Positions 37,832-52,800 of a stretch of DNA of 64,000 nt are shown here, piece by piece. This DNA comes from Blasia pusilla (Eukaryota), in contig CM114271.1 of NCBI GenBank assembly GCA_050084515.1, positions 27,404,001 to 27,468,000 on the forward strand, written 5' to 3'. A model generated the notes under the pieces. That model was not told where the DNA came from. It did no database searches and saw nothing but the letters and a program-made list of their open reading frames with translations. Position 1 is the stretch's first letter, and the number at the start of each line of letters is the position of its first letter. A program made the translations under genes and the position numbers.

Positions 37832-40038
37832 TCAATTCGACGCAGATTTGGGCTTCACTTTCTCCTTCAGAAACTGTTCGATGTGTTCTGACTTCCAGTT
37901 GTCGATCCTGGACAAAGCAGGAAAGATGAGATAATCCTTATACCTCCAACCACGATATACCATAACTTCCATACTAAGTTTCGCAAGCGTCTCAAATTTT
38001 GTGTACACGACATTAACTATTTAGGGTTTCGGGCGAAAAAATTCACCTTATAGTCTCTTTTTGATTCCCTTCGCTGTCTTTCATGATAAGCTTTGGAGGT
38101 GATCCGAATCGATACTGCACATCCACAGATGGGAATTGCGACAGCTTCCCTTCAATGATAGACTGCACGTGAGGGTAGTAACCGAGTTTCCTCAGGCAAA
38201 CTTCCAGAGTTGCAGCTGAGTAAGTCATCTGCAAAAGCAATTCTGGTCAGGTCCTGCCCGCAATCGAAGAGATGGAGATCTCCCTTAGCCAAACCTGCGC
38301 AGCTATAGAGTGCCTTCCTCATGAAGCCCTGCGAATCCGCATCCCTTGACCACAGCTACTGCATGGCCAGTCTTAGTAATGGCCATCAAAAGCCAGATTT
38401 ATGTCCTTGGATGAAGATGCCCACAAGGCTCAATGGCATGTAGTCATATGCAGCTAAATTGACACGCAAGTATTCTTGCTTCCACTTTTTCTAGCTACCC
38501 ACTCAAAGCTTTTTATTCGCTGCTCACGCTTGCCAGCTTTGGTGAATTTCTTTCTACTTGTGGTACAAAGATTCCCTCTAACGCATGATTGATGCATCTC
38601 TTTCCTCCGTGTCACAACCGTATGTACACATACAAAAACCCTAAACCAAATCCAGAGATTTGTTGTGGCTCAACTTGTAAGTAAAACTGGGCAGCCCCAG
38701 TTAGATACAATTCAATATCGATCCTACAGACTGTCTGACTGGCAAGAAGTTAGGAGATTCAGCAAATCTTCATGAAGCTCTGATGCTAATAATGCTTCCA
38801 CAACGCTAAGACATGAACATTTCTGGCACAAGCTTCGCTACTCTACTCAGTGTTTTCACCCTTGACTTTGCATTGTCAGTTCAACGCTATCTTTATACCG
38901 TCTGCTGAATGCCGCTGTTAAAATCAGTCACCACAGTGCCCACAGCCACAAACCCAGAACTGTACATTCAAACCAGGATCGTACCTTGCTAATGGAATCC
39001 TCGGATTCTTCAGCACAGCATTTCTTGCAATCTGAAACCAGCTCTGTAAAAGAAACAAAACAAAAAACCGTTCAGATGCAAATTCAGACGTGCTCATTCT
39101 GAAGGAGATTCAGTTCCCAGAGCAGATGCGATTAGTATCGCAGTACTAGCTTGTCCGTGGGGTGGGAGGGAATTGAGGATTTTAGTTCATATTAGTACAT
39201 CCGTACCCGCACTATGCACAGGCGAAAATTTCGCCAAATAATCGTAACAAGTTGAAAAAGAGTCTCAAAAAGGAAAGAAGGCACACGAATCCTCTTCAAT
39301 TGTGTAAGGCTTCGACCCAAGAGAAGAAGGTTTCTTTCCTTCAGCAGGATGTCTCGTATCGATTTAATATACAAACACCCTTCGTTTCCCGATCTAACAA
39401 GATGTAGATTCCACCAAATTCAGTTGCACCATTTTAGATAGATCTTTTGCTTTGTTAGATCAGGTGCAGGAGTTGTTTTGCTGCATGCCCAATAATTCAA
39501 TTTGCTCGTGGGATGTGCCCAGTCATTAAGAGATTGCGTTTCCAAAGCAGTAGCGATTTGTAAAGCAGTTTCAATAAAATTTCCTCACATCAGTTCTGCT
39601 GGTTCTAATTCTGAAGGAGGTATGTCCGGAAACTTTTCATTTTCGAGTCAATCGTGCAGAAGGTGCACATTCGACCACGAGAAGCTCCATCAATTTAAAT
39701 GGTTTATTTTAGTCACCTAACATTACACAATTTGGCAACATAAAAACATACACGAGTTCAGATTAGACGTTGAATGAACTGCACGAGATGAGTTGGGCTG
39801 AAGAGAATTCTCTCTATATCTTTTTGACTCCCCCCAATAACCTGGATAAGCAGCTGCTGGAAGTGCAAATACCTTGATCTTTGACATACTCGTTGAGGGA
39901 GTCACAATCAGAGCAGAGAGCGAGGCCTGTGAAGCCCAAGTCCTCGCAGTTGAGCCCATCTTCGCCTTCACCGGTCACTCTGACGAGAATCACAACCACT
40001 ACGCTCAGCAACACGTACCATCCGTTTCTCCCCATCAC
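37832..40038 (-). CDS. SELENOF: Selenoprotein F (SEP15)-like ER protein, non-Sec homolog; exons 40038-39873, 39043-38985, 38228-38047, 37907-37832
   Basis: Signal peptide followed by CEDLGFTGLALCSDC..L...VKDQELVSDCKKCC, ATLEVCLRKL..YP, VQYRFGSPPKL, IRIDNWKSEHIEQFL.EK. All introns GT-AG and in frame. Confidence 0.93.
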
Positions 40039-40875
40039 TCCTTCAATCCCTTCCGTTTGCTACCTTTCCGATCCCTCGCCTCCTGCCCACCGGCTCTCTA
40101 AACCTCAGTACTTTTCAAGCCCATCGGCCCACGAACGAACACTCTGCTGTTTGCCAACTTTGCACGCCTCAGTGCTTCAATGCCGCCTGCAGCCAACCTA
40201 CTCTCTGAGCCGCAGGGCTTCAATTCGATCGACCCGCAAAGGAACACTCCGCTGCGTACCCTCTGTCGAAACCTCAGTTCTTCAATCCGATCGACCCACA
40301 ACACTTTGCTGCCTGCCCGGTATCTACGGCCGTCGAGGTTCAGTCTAATTCACCCTCAACTACTACTTGTTGCTTGCAAAAGCTTCTGAGCTTTCAGGAA
40401 CTCCTGCTGCCCTCTTGATCCTCTTCCTCATGTGATCTCTCACTCCTGAACTTCAGAAACAGTTCTGGTCAACCCAAGTCGACAATACGCTGGTCTTGAT
40501 TTGCAAGGAGTTCTTGGTAACTAGTTGCCTTAGGAAATTGGGAACTCCGTTTTAGAAGCACTTCTATTTTCACCTCTACTAGTGCTTCTACTGGTGGGTG
40601 CTGTCCAAGCCTCTAGTGACATTGTGGTCAATAAAGGCAAACCACTAAAGTTGCAAGCATCCCAACCCACGTAAACAGCCGTTAATCTTGACCGGTAGAC
40701 TGTCTGGTTAGGTTATTATTTTCGTAGTTGTTGAGAGTCAGGCTCAAGGGAGTTCCCTCCTATCCCAAAACGGAGGACGATGGAGCTCGAAAGCTAGGGC
40801 TAACGAATAGATGGGTTGAAATTGGGGCTTACTGATGCGCCAAAGAGGTTCATTGTCTCATGGTCGGTGGTGGTA

Positions 40876-43800
40876 ATGGGGTCCGAACTTCTCATCCAGA
40901 AGCTGCAAAGAGACCTTAATTGCTTGACCGATCCAGACCGGAGTAGTAGGAGAAGAGCGCTCGAGAGGTTGCCTAAGCGGTTGCTGAATGGGGATCCTGG
41001 TGAGCGTGCACCTTCACCAGCCGTAATTCAGGTAGGCACATCTCGATTTCTTTGCTACCGCGTGCACCGTCACATTAATATGCTGGAAATGCCCATATGT
41101 TCAGGGCTGGATGCTGCTGACCTAGCTAGTGGGCGGCCCAACGAGGGAGCTCCAGTTGCGTTTCAGCTGAGCCACAGTTCGAGGCATTGCTCTCCCCGTC
41201 ATCTGCTTTATTACGGTTCGGTACTGACGATGAATCGAGAGAATGCGCATCTCTGGTTTTTGCAATTGACTACCCCTGGGTCTCAGTAAATCCGTTAGTT
41301 GGCTTGCCGATGTGTAAGCACAACAGTTGATGCTCAATAAGAGACAACGAAAAGAGTGGTAGCAGTTGAGGATTTGGGTTTGAGTTTGGGCTATGGGCCT
41401 TCAGGGTTTTGGGTGGAAGTGGTCCTTAGGGCTTTTTCATCAGGAGTTTCGTCTTCCTCTATACAGAGGTGGAAATGATTATTGAATAAGTGAATTGAAT
41501 AAGAATAAAATCATTGAATAACTCGGTGACAAAAGTGAAGTGGAAGAAGAAAGTGCTAGAGAATTATTACGACGTAGAAGCGTTTCTGAAAATTGTGAGT
41601 AGAAGCATAGTGCGTTTTCTGATGGTATCCTAATTACCGATAGAAGAAGATTCATGTGTTAACAACGCAAAATAAAGTGCTTCTGTGGAATCCTGAGAGG
41701 TGTCTGTAAAGTCGACTAAATGGAGAATGCATTCATGTATTACATAAAGATTTGGGGAGAAATTTATCGCGAATTTCTTTTGGCACTAGGCCACAAGTTG
41801 CCGTGGCCAGCGAAATAGGCTTCCTACTACCTAGACTCTGAAGCTCAATCCCTTTTTAAAGATCGAATTTAGAAACATCGTCTGACCGTCCTGACCCAAA
41901 AGGTTGTCTCGTAGAAGATGAATCATCTAAGAACATTCATAACCCCCAACAGTGGAAGGAATTAGTGACAATCATAACCCAAATGGGTTTTCTACTGCTA
42001 AAATCCTGAAATCAGAATTCCCTACGAATGACTAAATTCACCTACAGCTTAAACAATGATGAGCAATTCCAACACGTGTGGCCTTCTGAATGGTGCCACT
42101 CTAAGACCTGAATCGCCTACGGATTTAGGACGCGCTTCTCATAAGGGAGCAGCAATATTTAAGGGCTTAAGTCATGGTATGGTTGAGCAGAAACTAAATC
42201 CCATCAGACAAACCTAAATGGGCTGTCTATTCCTGATACTCTAGGAGTTGGTTCCACAACTGATTGAGATCACCCAAATAGCCCATAAAGGGGTGGAGGT
42301 GACAACATGTAAGACAGTATGGTAGGATGTAGTTTTTTATGACAAGGAAATCACTGCTAAGCTGCCTTTCCTGATCCAGTGTTATGTGATGGATTTGTCA
42401 CAGGAAGTATGGGATCAAGTTATACTGCGTCTTGTTGTTCGAGTTTTGGGAGATTCAGTAGAAAAATGCCGGGAGCTTGCCATCCAGCTAATCAAATCAG
42501 TTATCAAAGTAGCACCTTTGGTAAGGACTTACGACTAAAAGAGCTTAGGCTGTCCCTCATGTAATAGTTCTTGTGAGTCATATTAAAGTTTTTGTTCTAG
42601 TGATAGAGGATATCTCTACATGGATGATTCTGAGAAAAAGCTTCTGGGTGTGACTTGAGGTGAATGTCAGTAGGACCACTTGTCCAAATGTTTGTGTCCT
42701 CACGAAGAGCTTGGTATTCCCTTACAAGTCGTTCTCAGGATTTATGCAGTAATTTGGTGTGAGCTGAAGTGTGGTGGCTAGTCTGACTTGCTAGAATAGC
42801 CTTTTCTAGAGCTTCATGGAAAGGTTTTGAAAGACCAGATGTTTGTTGAAGATATCTTTTAAATTTAGAAGAGGCTTTTCATGGGTTTGTACGATGAGAT
42901 AATGGTGTTTATTGAATTTCCGAGTAGTCTCTTATTTCTTAGTGGGCTCTGTTGCTGGCATCTCGTGTCCCCATTTTTATTCAACTATTTGAATCTACTC
43001 GTGTTTTCCTCCATGGGTTGCTTCACATCCTCGTCTATTGCATGAGTTCTTTTTCTGATACTCTTTCTATGAGAGATGTGTACAGGTAAATCAGACAGTC
43101 CTACTCATTCTTCCGGTCATGGCAGAAAGAATGGGTATGATCAAAATTTCTTCTCTAGTTATTTTTGAATTGCCGAATGTAGCCTCAGTCCTGGGTAATC
43201 CATGGCACATCTTGGCCCAGGCCAGTTTTACATGTCAGATGGATATTAATTACCTTAGGCCAAAGTTCTTTGTTCCAATCAGATAGTGTCAGTCCCTAAG
43301 TTCGATTGATTTTGATAAATGTGATTACAGGGCAGATGCCTGTGCTCGAGGAATCAGAAGAAATTCGACTTCAGCTGGTCCAATTGTTAGCTACATCATT
43401 ACTTCCTCAATGCCCTGTCGACATCTGTCTCATTGTTTCAGATCCTCTTTTGAAGGTATGAGTCAATTGAATTATGATGATAATGAGTATGAGTATTGAG
43501 TGTTTGGCAGTGATCCCCAACTTGAAAGAGATGTAAAACAGTGTTGGACTCTGGGAAGAGGAAAACTCTTTTATTCTTCCTCTCATTGGAAGCTAGTTGT
43601 TAAGCAAGGCCAACCCTCAATCAATTGCACTGCCACCCCCTTCCTGTTGGACACACTACACACAGTGCATTGTAGCCCACCCGATTCTCCACTTACATAA
43701 ATCAGTTTTACACTCGTGATGCTATTGGCACTTAACACTCACACTTCAAGCAGCACACTACCAGGGCGACACAAGGCATGAAGCAATCCTGGATATTATG

Positions 43801-46800
43801 GGCACCCATTCAGCCTGAGAGTGACCTCCACTCCACTCATACGCGTCCCAAGGGATGCCCAAACTCTGATTTACCAGTGTTGCTACTTGTCCTTCCTCCT
43901 TTCCTTCCCTAACCCTAATTACTTGGCCATATTATCCAGAACCCTAAACTAAAGCTTGTTAATCTAAAGGACTCTAGTGAAATGTATCGACAAGTGTTTC
44001 TATATCTTGTATGTAAAATCTGAACCAAGCTAAATATTTCCAGCGAACTTGACAACCCAGAGAATTCATTAGGCAATGCAAAAAAAATGTAACTGAAAGT
44101 GTAGCCCTGAAAGGATATCCTCACTGTAATGAACTTGTGGATGTGTAAGAGGCATGTTCTTACCCTGGTAAAGAACTTGAAGAACAACTTTTACATTTTG
44201 CTCTCAAGTTACAGAGTTATTTCAGTGCTCACATTGTGGCTACAGGATGGTACTGTTATTGATGTGGGCTGATTTGCAGAAATTGTATGCAAACTCCATG
44301 AACTCTCCAGTTTTCTGAGAAGTTGTGTGATAATGTACTCTCTACACAGGTTTTAATTTCGGCAGTTGCAGACCCATTTCATGAAATAAAGAAAGGGGCG
44401 TGTCACATTATTGTGTCGGTTGGTGAACGTGCTCCTAAGACGTTAGAGGAGAGAACTGAGCCACTTTTGAAAGCTTTACTGCCGAACATCAATCACAGTC
44501 ATTCACGGGTGCCTTTTTCTTCCTCCTTCGCGTAGATTATTCTGAGGCAAATGCGAACACATGCACTTCACTGCATGGCTTCTAGTGGTTTTAGAATGAT
44601 AATTTTTAACTCAGCAGTGCAAGACATGAGCTGGATTGGTCAACGGGAGCCTTCAGTGCTTCCACTTTGTGATATGTCATGTACCAGGTAAAGAAGCTCC
44701 TATCAAATTTATGACGATAGAATATGGGGCAGGTTCGAATGGCAACATTGCAAGCAATTGATGAAGTTGTGCGAATTGGGCTGCCACCCGGCACAGTCTC
44801 TACTTTTCTACCGGGTGCTGTGAGACCTTTGGCTTTTGATCGTTCAGTTGCTGTGAGGGAAGTAAGTCTTCTTCTTGAGCCCCTCTTAAAACGTTCTAAT
44901 CTGTTTTAGGGTTTTTAATTAATGTTAGGACATCTGTGTTATACCTTTATCTTGTGCCTTTTGATAGTATACTATGTATGGTAGGTTTTCTGCATAAAAG
45001 GTCTGATTGTTGTTTATGCTGTAAATGACATGATGTTTATTGACTTTCATTACAACTACTTCAAACCTTCAAGTGTTAAGTGTTACTTGCATCAAATGTT
45101 TGAAACATTTTTAAAACCATCTGAAGCTTTGTAGAAAGCAATACGAGGGATGTGGGTCTGTAAATACAGGTCGACTATTCATGTCAAATGACACTTGTTG
45201 CAGCTTGAAATACTAATTTGTGTTATCTACATCTCTTTTGCCACCACCTTTCCTCAGCCCACTGTGTATGTTTGGTGTTTCCAAATCACATATCTCCCCT
45301 GCCTCTGAGCTAGTTGACCGTTGCCTTTGGTGGATGAATCTAATGCTTGGGCTCTCTCAAAATTCGAATGTACACATCTACCAGTTTCTGATTCAAACGT
45401 GGGGATTTGAAGAAGTCATAAGACCCTCCATTGGTGACCTTTCTATCAAAATCGGTAGTAACAATCTGGTTATTTATAAAGAAACCCCTTGTGTGGCATG
45501 TAAGGAACCCAGCTGGACTCAGCAGGCAAGTCTTGGGTATTCACATTTGATTCAAATATGAGCTCCATGCATTGTGATTCTTTGATCACACTGGCTACCC
45601 CTGCAATCAATAGTGCAATTGGTTTGAATTGCAGGTCTTTTTTTCTGTGGTTGCTCGATGGCTTGGGTATGAAGATGAACAACTGAAGAAGAAGCAAAAT
45701 TCTATCAATCAAAACGGAGATTCTAAGGTCAACCTTCCATATTTGTTGCCATTACTCTTGCTTGGAGTCACAGATGAATCGAAAGATTTGGCTACAGCTT
45801 CTCTATCCCTGGTGGAAGAAGTCGGTCGGGTGTATGAGGAGCAATTACTTGTATCAAGTTCTTCATCTGACCAGGTCAGTGGTGTGAAATTTGGCATTCT
45901 CTGTCCACATGCCTTTCTTGACAATTAATTGGTAATGCCAGTAGACAATTTGGGATTGAATTTTACTTGTTGTTCTACAGATGATGATAGAAGCAGTTGA
46001 GGAGATGAGCCTGAAAGGTTCCAAATGTGACAAAGATACCATTATGGTGGAGAGTGTGGAGAAGAACGATCTTAATGACCAAGGCAGAGATATATATTCA
46101 GATTTTCTGTTACCTCCCCCATATAAAGGAAGACCTTCTGTTGGATGTCTCAAAATGGTGCAGGTACTCAAACTTTAAGATTGCAGTCTCCGAAGTTTTC
46201 ATCAAGGGATACCCTGATGGAGATAGGACAAGTTGTTGATCTTTACATTTCTTCTGTCTTTCTGGACCTAATCCATGGAAACCTCTTGTCACTCTCTGAT
46301 CACTTATGCAAAACTAATAGCACGACAAGCAAAAGCCCTGGTTTAAATTGCTTAGCTGGTAAGATCAGAGCTGTTTGTCAGGTTCACTGCCCAAACCTGC
46401 TGCACTGTCAATTGATGTCTTTTTGGGGGACCCAATCACATCAGCTAGATAAAGTTGAAGAATTTTAGGCTTATACCTGGAGGCTCTGCACCAACCCTCT
46501 GTATTGCAAGCACTCCTAGTCTACGACAGGGTCTCCCTTCTCTCATATAGTCCTTCACTGTTTCTTCATCTGATGGAACAGCACCATTCAACCAGAGTAT
46601 GGGGTCTGTGGTATGAAGTGTACCACAGCCACTGCTTAAAAAGTAGAGTGTACCAGCTATCTGTAAGAAATCATCTCTTAGCTTGCTGATTGTGAGCGGC
46701 CTATGTCTATTGACACCCAGCCAACAAGGTATATGAAATCCAATAGGACAGATAGGTTATTCTGGTGACGGGCTGGGGTTGAACTGGAATCACTTGTCAG

Positions 46801-49800
46801 TCACTAGGCAATGTCAACATGAATTGCTTTCAGTTCAGATAGGACACATCTCTGTTCAAGGGTGGGTATGGTTTAGAGGCCCCTGCATATTTCTATCAGC
46901 TCCTCTGACCAGGTGTATGCTGCAGACCACATTCCTCATAGATCCGTGCTGATCTATTGCCTTGCTTACTATTGCTCTGATCTACAGCTGAGTCAATCTC
47001 CTCTCAAAACTTAATACCTTCTTAATTTCTCCTGCATCCATCCCACGTAGTACTACAGCTGAACTAGGCATAGGGTCTATGCCTAGTTCAGCTGTAAGGC
47101 TATGACGGTCATAGTCATGAGCAGGTCCTGGCAGAACATACTAGCCATGAACTGCATGCATTAGCCAAGTAATAATACCATTCTATTCCACCTATCTCAG
47201 CAATTCAGATGCAGCAGTTCACTACAGTTATTCAAACAGGATTATGGTGATTTAACTGAATTCTTGGACTGATTGAAGACTGATAACTGAATTCTATGAC
47301 TTTGCTGGTGAATTGGACGCTGGTCAGTGACGCTTGGACTGTTTGAAGGTCATCGGTTTGAAAGATGAAGGCCCCTGTAGCATAGAGGCCGGTATAAATG
47401 GTGGCAATGAAGCTTATTTGTGGTAACATTATTATGTTTAGGCATATCTAGGAGAATTAATCAAGCCGACAGCAAAGGAGCTTCATGAGTGGACAAGTCT
47501 TGCTCGTTTGGGAGCTGCTCGTCTTATTCACACTTTGTTGGTATGCATCTTATGATTACAGCCTTTACAAGTTCTCCCTGTTTTTTGTGCTCTCCATCTA
47601 GCCTTTCCACGTGTCCTACACACATGTTTGATAATTACTTTCTCCCCAGCCCTCTCAAAGGGCCGCACACTGGTTTATTCATACTTAAAGATTGTGAGAT
47701 ATTAGATGGACATCCTTGTTGAAAATATTATGTGAATGTCTACATTTTGGGGATTGATATCTTCTTGAGTGCACATACTATTACATAATTGATGTTCATA
47801 GAAACAATCCTGTTCTTCGCTCCCTTTCAAAGACTAAATTTCCCTGGAAGAGAACCCTCTCTGTAAGATCTCGAGTCTCAGTCAGTACTCTCTTCCACGC
47901 AAGAATGTTCTCTTAAGAGCTATGCTCTGCTGGTTCCTTGGACTGGCATGCATAACTGAACTGGGCATGTCTAGTGGCATCCACTTAAATAGGATATTCG
48001 GCAACCTGGATTCTCTCTCCAGAGAGTTATCATTGGTTCCAGATATCAATTGAAGTGTAGCAAGGCTGTGGGTGTCCCCATATTCCAGATATCTTCTGAA
48101 ATGTAGCAAGGCTGGCTCTTAATCTCTTAAAGTTTGGAGGAAAGTCATTGCATTAAGCCATGCTCTTTCATGATGTAGGTCTTGGCAGAAGAGTGCACAA
48201 CTGAGTATCTGGATTTGCTACTGCCAGCTTTCTTCAGGTTAGTAGTTGACTGGATGTGTCTAGTCATTCTGACTAGACTGGATGCTGTATACTGCTCCTG
48301 TCTACTGATAGTAGATGCTCCAAGACTCTCTGGAATATCTACTTGGCTTGGCTTTTGTAAATTTGGAGTCGTGTGGGCCTGGTGAATGCAGTGCAGTTGG
48401 GGATGATGATGTGGCAGTTGCTCAACAGATTGTCTCAGCAGTTCAGGTTCTGGGCTTCCACGTTCATGCAGAGAACTGGGTTCCACTTGTGTTGGACCTC
48501 GGGACAAATACTCGAAACAGTGAAGCACAGGTACCATATATCCGCCTTCTGATGTGGATCCTCTCTCTCTGTTTGTATAGAAGGTCATCGTCACTCAAGA
48601 ATCCCTCGAGTGATTATGTTGCTTTGGTAAAATTCAGGTTGATGATCTCTCATTTATTGTCCTGAATGCATGGCTAGGCGAATCTAAGTCCAAATTGAGC
48701 TTGAAGTGTAGAGGAGATAATATGGGTAAAGCTGTGGTCACCTATGTTGGTTCTTGGTCTAACAAAATTATATACCCCTTGCTTTATTGTTGCAGCTCTA
48801 CGGAGCATGAATCCTATAAGTAGTCCACAACTCTCTGTTCCAAAGTTTGTCCTCAGTAGTCAGCTTTTTTGCACCAAAGGAATGGGGTATGCCTCACCGT
48901 ATATAGCACTATAATCTTTTCCCAGTCACATAATTCTAATCCAGGTGGGCTTCTCTCGGCTTAAACAATCCAATTGTTCCACTTCCAACATCTTTGTCGT
49001 ATTAGGTTTCCATTTTATTCTTACACTGATTCTGAGACCGTTTCATGGGAGTTTCAGAGAGCAAATGGGCTGGTCGTCATGGCAGGCCTACTTTATGGGA
49101 CTCCAAAGCATAGAATAAGTGGGAAATTGGTAATGCAGGTCTGTATCTACTACTCACCGACCTTTTGTTTGCATGCATTAGTCTCGTCATTGGCATTTAA
49201 AGGTTTGTGTGAGTAATCTCTTCCTTCTGGATGATCGACAAAATGATGATTTTGTGGATTATATAGGAATCTTACTTCCTCTGTATTTTGGGGATTGCAG
49301 CTAAGTGCTGGACTCGCACAAGCAGATGTCCGATGCAGTGATCATCCAGCTGTTAAAAGTCAGGTAAGATGAGCTAATTGTTAAGCCACTGAGGTCAAAG
49401 ATTATGAAGTGATTTTAACTCCTGATTCCAAACCTGCTCTCCAACTGTCTTCTTTTAATCAGTTTTGTTGTGCAGATTTGTTGATGACAAGTTGACAGAT
49501 ATGAGGTTTCTTACTGGTCTTCCTTGGCAGCTTCTGGCAGTGGTTACAAATCTCCTGCATGTTGCTGGATCCCTTTGTGCATCGTCTGCACTAAATATAT
49601 TTCTCATCTTACTCCAGGTTTGAGTCTTCCCATCCTTGCTTTATACTGTTTAATATCCCTCTGATACTATACCCTCCATGGAAGTGAAGTGATAACAGTT
49701 GACAATATACCCAATGGGATGTCAACATTTACGTACTTTTATACCTAGTTACACCGCTACTTTCACTGCGCTCCTTATGTAGAATTTTTTTTTAATGCTA

Positions 49801-52800
49801 GTTGAAAGTAGTGGAATTGAAGTCTTACCATACCGGTTGCAGCTTCAATCTGCAGAAGATCTACAACTTCAGCACGGAGCTAATCATCAGATAGATACTT
49901 TTACCAAACTTCTGGAACTGGCTTCAGTGCAAGATCTCTACCTGAAACACATCAATGGGCTCATTCCCCTTGTAACTGTTGGACATGAGGAGTGGCTGGG
50001 AGCTTCCCCAGGGAGATCACTATTTCAGACATTTGTGAAGAACTCTGGGATTACGGTAAGCCACTCCATAAACCTTGAGATCTCACAAGTGCAGTGCATT
50101 GTCAAATTAATAATCCACATTAGCATCTGACTTTTGAATTTGCACACTTAAATTCGTAGTTCTGTGATCATGCAGTGCAGAGAACTTGATCAGCGAGTGT
50201 AATAGCTATACGCGCACTTTTAGATTGTCAGTTCATGTCATGACACTTGCCATAACTTTCTAGGAAGGAGCGCCATCTCTCAGAGATTAATTAATAGCCT
50301 ATCCAGCCTAGAATTGATTTTACTGAAAGAGAATACCATCATTGAACTATTCTCATGTCCCTCTTTGGTCCCCACCAACAAGAATTCAGATCATTAATTA
50401 ATTCATGTGTATCTGACATGTTTTGATAACTATTACGTTTCATAGACCCTGGTTTCTTGTTGGGTGTAATCAAATTGCTGTCATTTATCACAGTTAGAGC
50501 CACGATTTCACTTCATGATGTGTTGGGTTCTTTTCATTTATTGTGGGTGATGCAGGTTGGCCCATATCTAAGTACTCTCATCAACATGTTCGAGACTTGC
50601 TTGCATCAAGACAGAGATCCTGCTCTGCGAATTAGCTTTCTGCAGGTAGTTATGGTTTAATTTGGCTTCACAATCTAATTTGGTTGTCACTATTTTGGAC
50701 TTTCTGGTATCTTGCGTAGCTTCACATCAGGGGTATGAGAAGTTCATTTATGAGACTATTGTGAGAATTGCGGAATGAATTGAAATTGCGTTTGTACTCT
50801 CTGTGTTCTCTATATTTATAGATTGAAAGCCGATACATAAGTAGTAAAGTCTGCTCTAAACTAAGAGCCGTAATCAAAAGACATGACGGTAACTGTGTCA
50901 CTTCAAAAATGTCTCATAGCTACATATCGTTTCGCAAGATGAAACGTTAGTAGCAGTAATCAATGGTCATAAACAGAACATTGATCCTAATCTAATCTAG
51001 ATCGTCCGTATGGATTGATCCGTGTGATCAATTCTTGGATCAGTACTCTAATGATTTGTTTCGCTGGACTAATTGATTTCCTACACTCCCACTCAGGGGA
51101 ACAAATCAGCCATTTTCATTACTAGTTAACCCTAGAGATTTAGTATGTTTCTGATGAGGTCTTTTCTGTAAACCCTTAGTAAAAATGTCTGCAGTCATCT
51201 CTGCTGTTGAAATATAGGTCAAAATAATTTCGCCACTTGATACTTGATCTTTGATATAGTGGTATTGAATGTCGATGTGTTTGGTGCGGTCATGATGTTT
51301 TGTAGAACTGACCAAAGCAATAGCACTCTGGTTGTCACAGAAGATCTCAGTTATCTTCTGAGCAAAACCAATTTCGTAAAGTAATCTTCTGATCCAAATA
51401 GCTTCAGTGCTAGTTTTAGTCATTGCAATGTACTCAGACTCGGTACTTGAAAGAGCAACTGACTTTTGTTTTCTACTTGCCCAACTAACTGCTCCTCCTG
51501 CAAGGAGAAAGCAAAATCCGCTAGTAGATTTTTGGGAGTCGATATTGTCTCCATAGGCAGCATCAGAATATCCTTGAAGATGAAAAGGAGTAGATGAGCG
51601 CTGATATTGGAGAAAGTAATGTTTTGTCCCTTGTAGATACCTGAAAATACTTTTGACAGCAGTCCAGTGTATAGGACCAGGATTGGTGATGAACTGTGCA
51701 ACAGTGCTAACAGAATAGGCAATATCAGGGCGAGTGCACACCATTGCCCACATTAAACTGCCTGTAGCACTTTTATAAGGAATAGAAGACATTGCTGCAA
51801 TGTCAGCAGGATGAACAGGAGATTGATCTTGACTAAGATGAAGGCCAAAATCAAAGGGAGTGGAGATAGGCTTGCAGCCCAGCATGTTGAACTGTTTGAG
51901 TTTGTTGGTGATGTAAGTCGTCTGGTTGAGCCTGATCCATCCTTGTTGTCGGTCTCGTTGGATATGAATTCCCAGAACATGATAAGCTTCACCGAGATCA
52001 GTCATTTCAAACTCTTGGCGGAGCTTGGTTTTGACAAAATTAAGCAGCGCAGAACTGGAGCTGGCGATGACAGTGTCATCCACGTAGAGAGCAAGGATCA
52101 GAAAATTGGAGTCCTTGTTCAGAATGTAAATATTAGAGTCAGCAGTGGTGCTGACAAAACCAATGTCGAGTAAAACATAGTGACATCGTTCATACCACAT
52201 ACGGGCTGATTGCTTCAAACCATAAATGGACCTTTCGAGAAGGCAGACCAAGTTATTATGGGGAACTGGCAAGCCTGGAGGAAGGGCCATGTAGATATTG
52301 TGTTGCAGGAATCCATATAGAAAAGCAGCGATTACATCTAATTGATGTAAGTCCAGGTTGAAATAAGCAGCAATAGCAATAAGAATACGAAGAGATTGAA
52401 GTTTAACAGTAGGAGAAAAGGTCTCGTCATAATCGAGATCGGGAACTTGAGTAAATCCCTTAGCAACCAGACGGGCTTTGTACTTGTGGATTGTGCCATC
52501 CACATGAGGTTTAATTTTAAAAACCAAATGGCAGCCAACTGTGCTTTGATTAGGAGGAAGGGGAACCAAAGTCCAAGCCTTCATTCTAGCCATATTCTGA
52601 AGTTCAGCAGAAATGGCAGCCTTCCAATGTGAAGAGTCAGGTCCAGAGATAGCCTGTTCATAAGATTGGGGTTCAAGAAAAGAACTAGTAGAAGAGAGCA
52701 AGGCCCAACGCTTCTCTGCAGCTCGCTTCTTGTTCTTCTCAGCTTCAATAAGTGCATCGTAATGCTCAACAGCCCGAGTAATGCGAGGACTTTTTCTTTG

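Noticed and set aside
37832-40038. True selenoprotein with UGA recoding
   Set aside because: The Sec position is AGG (Arg) and the only TGA is the terminal stop.
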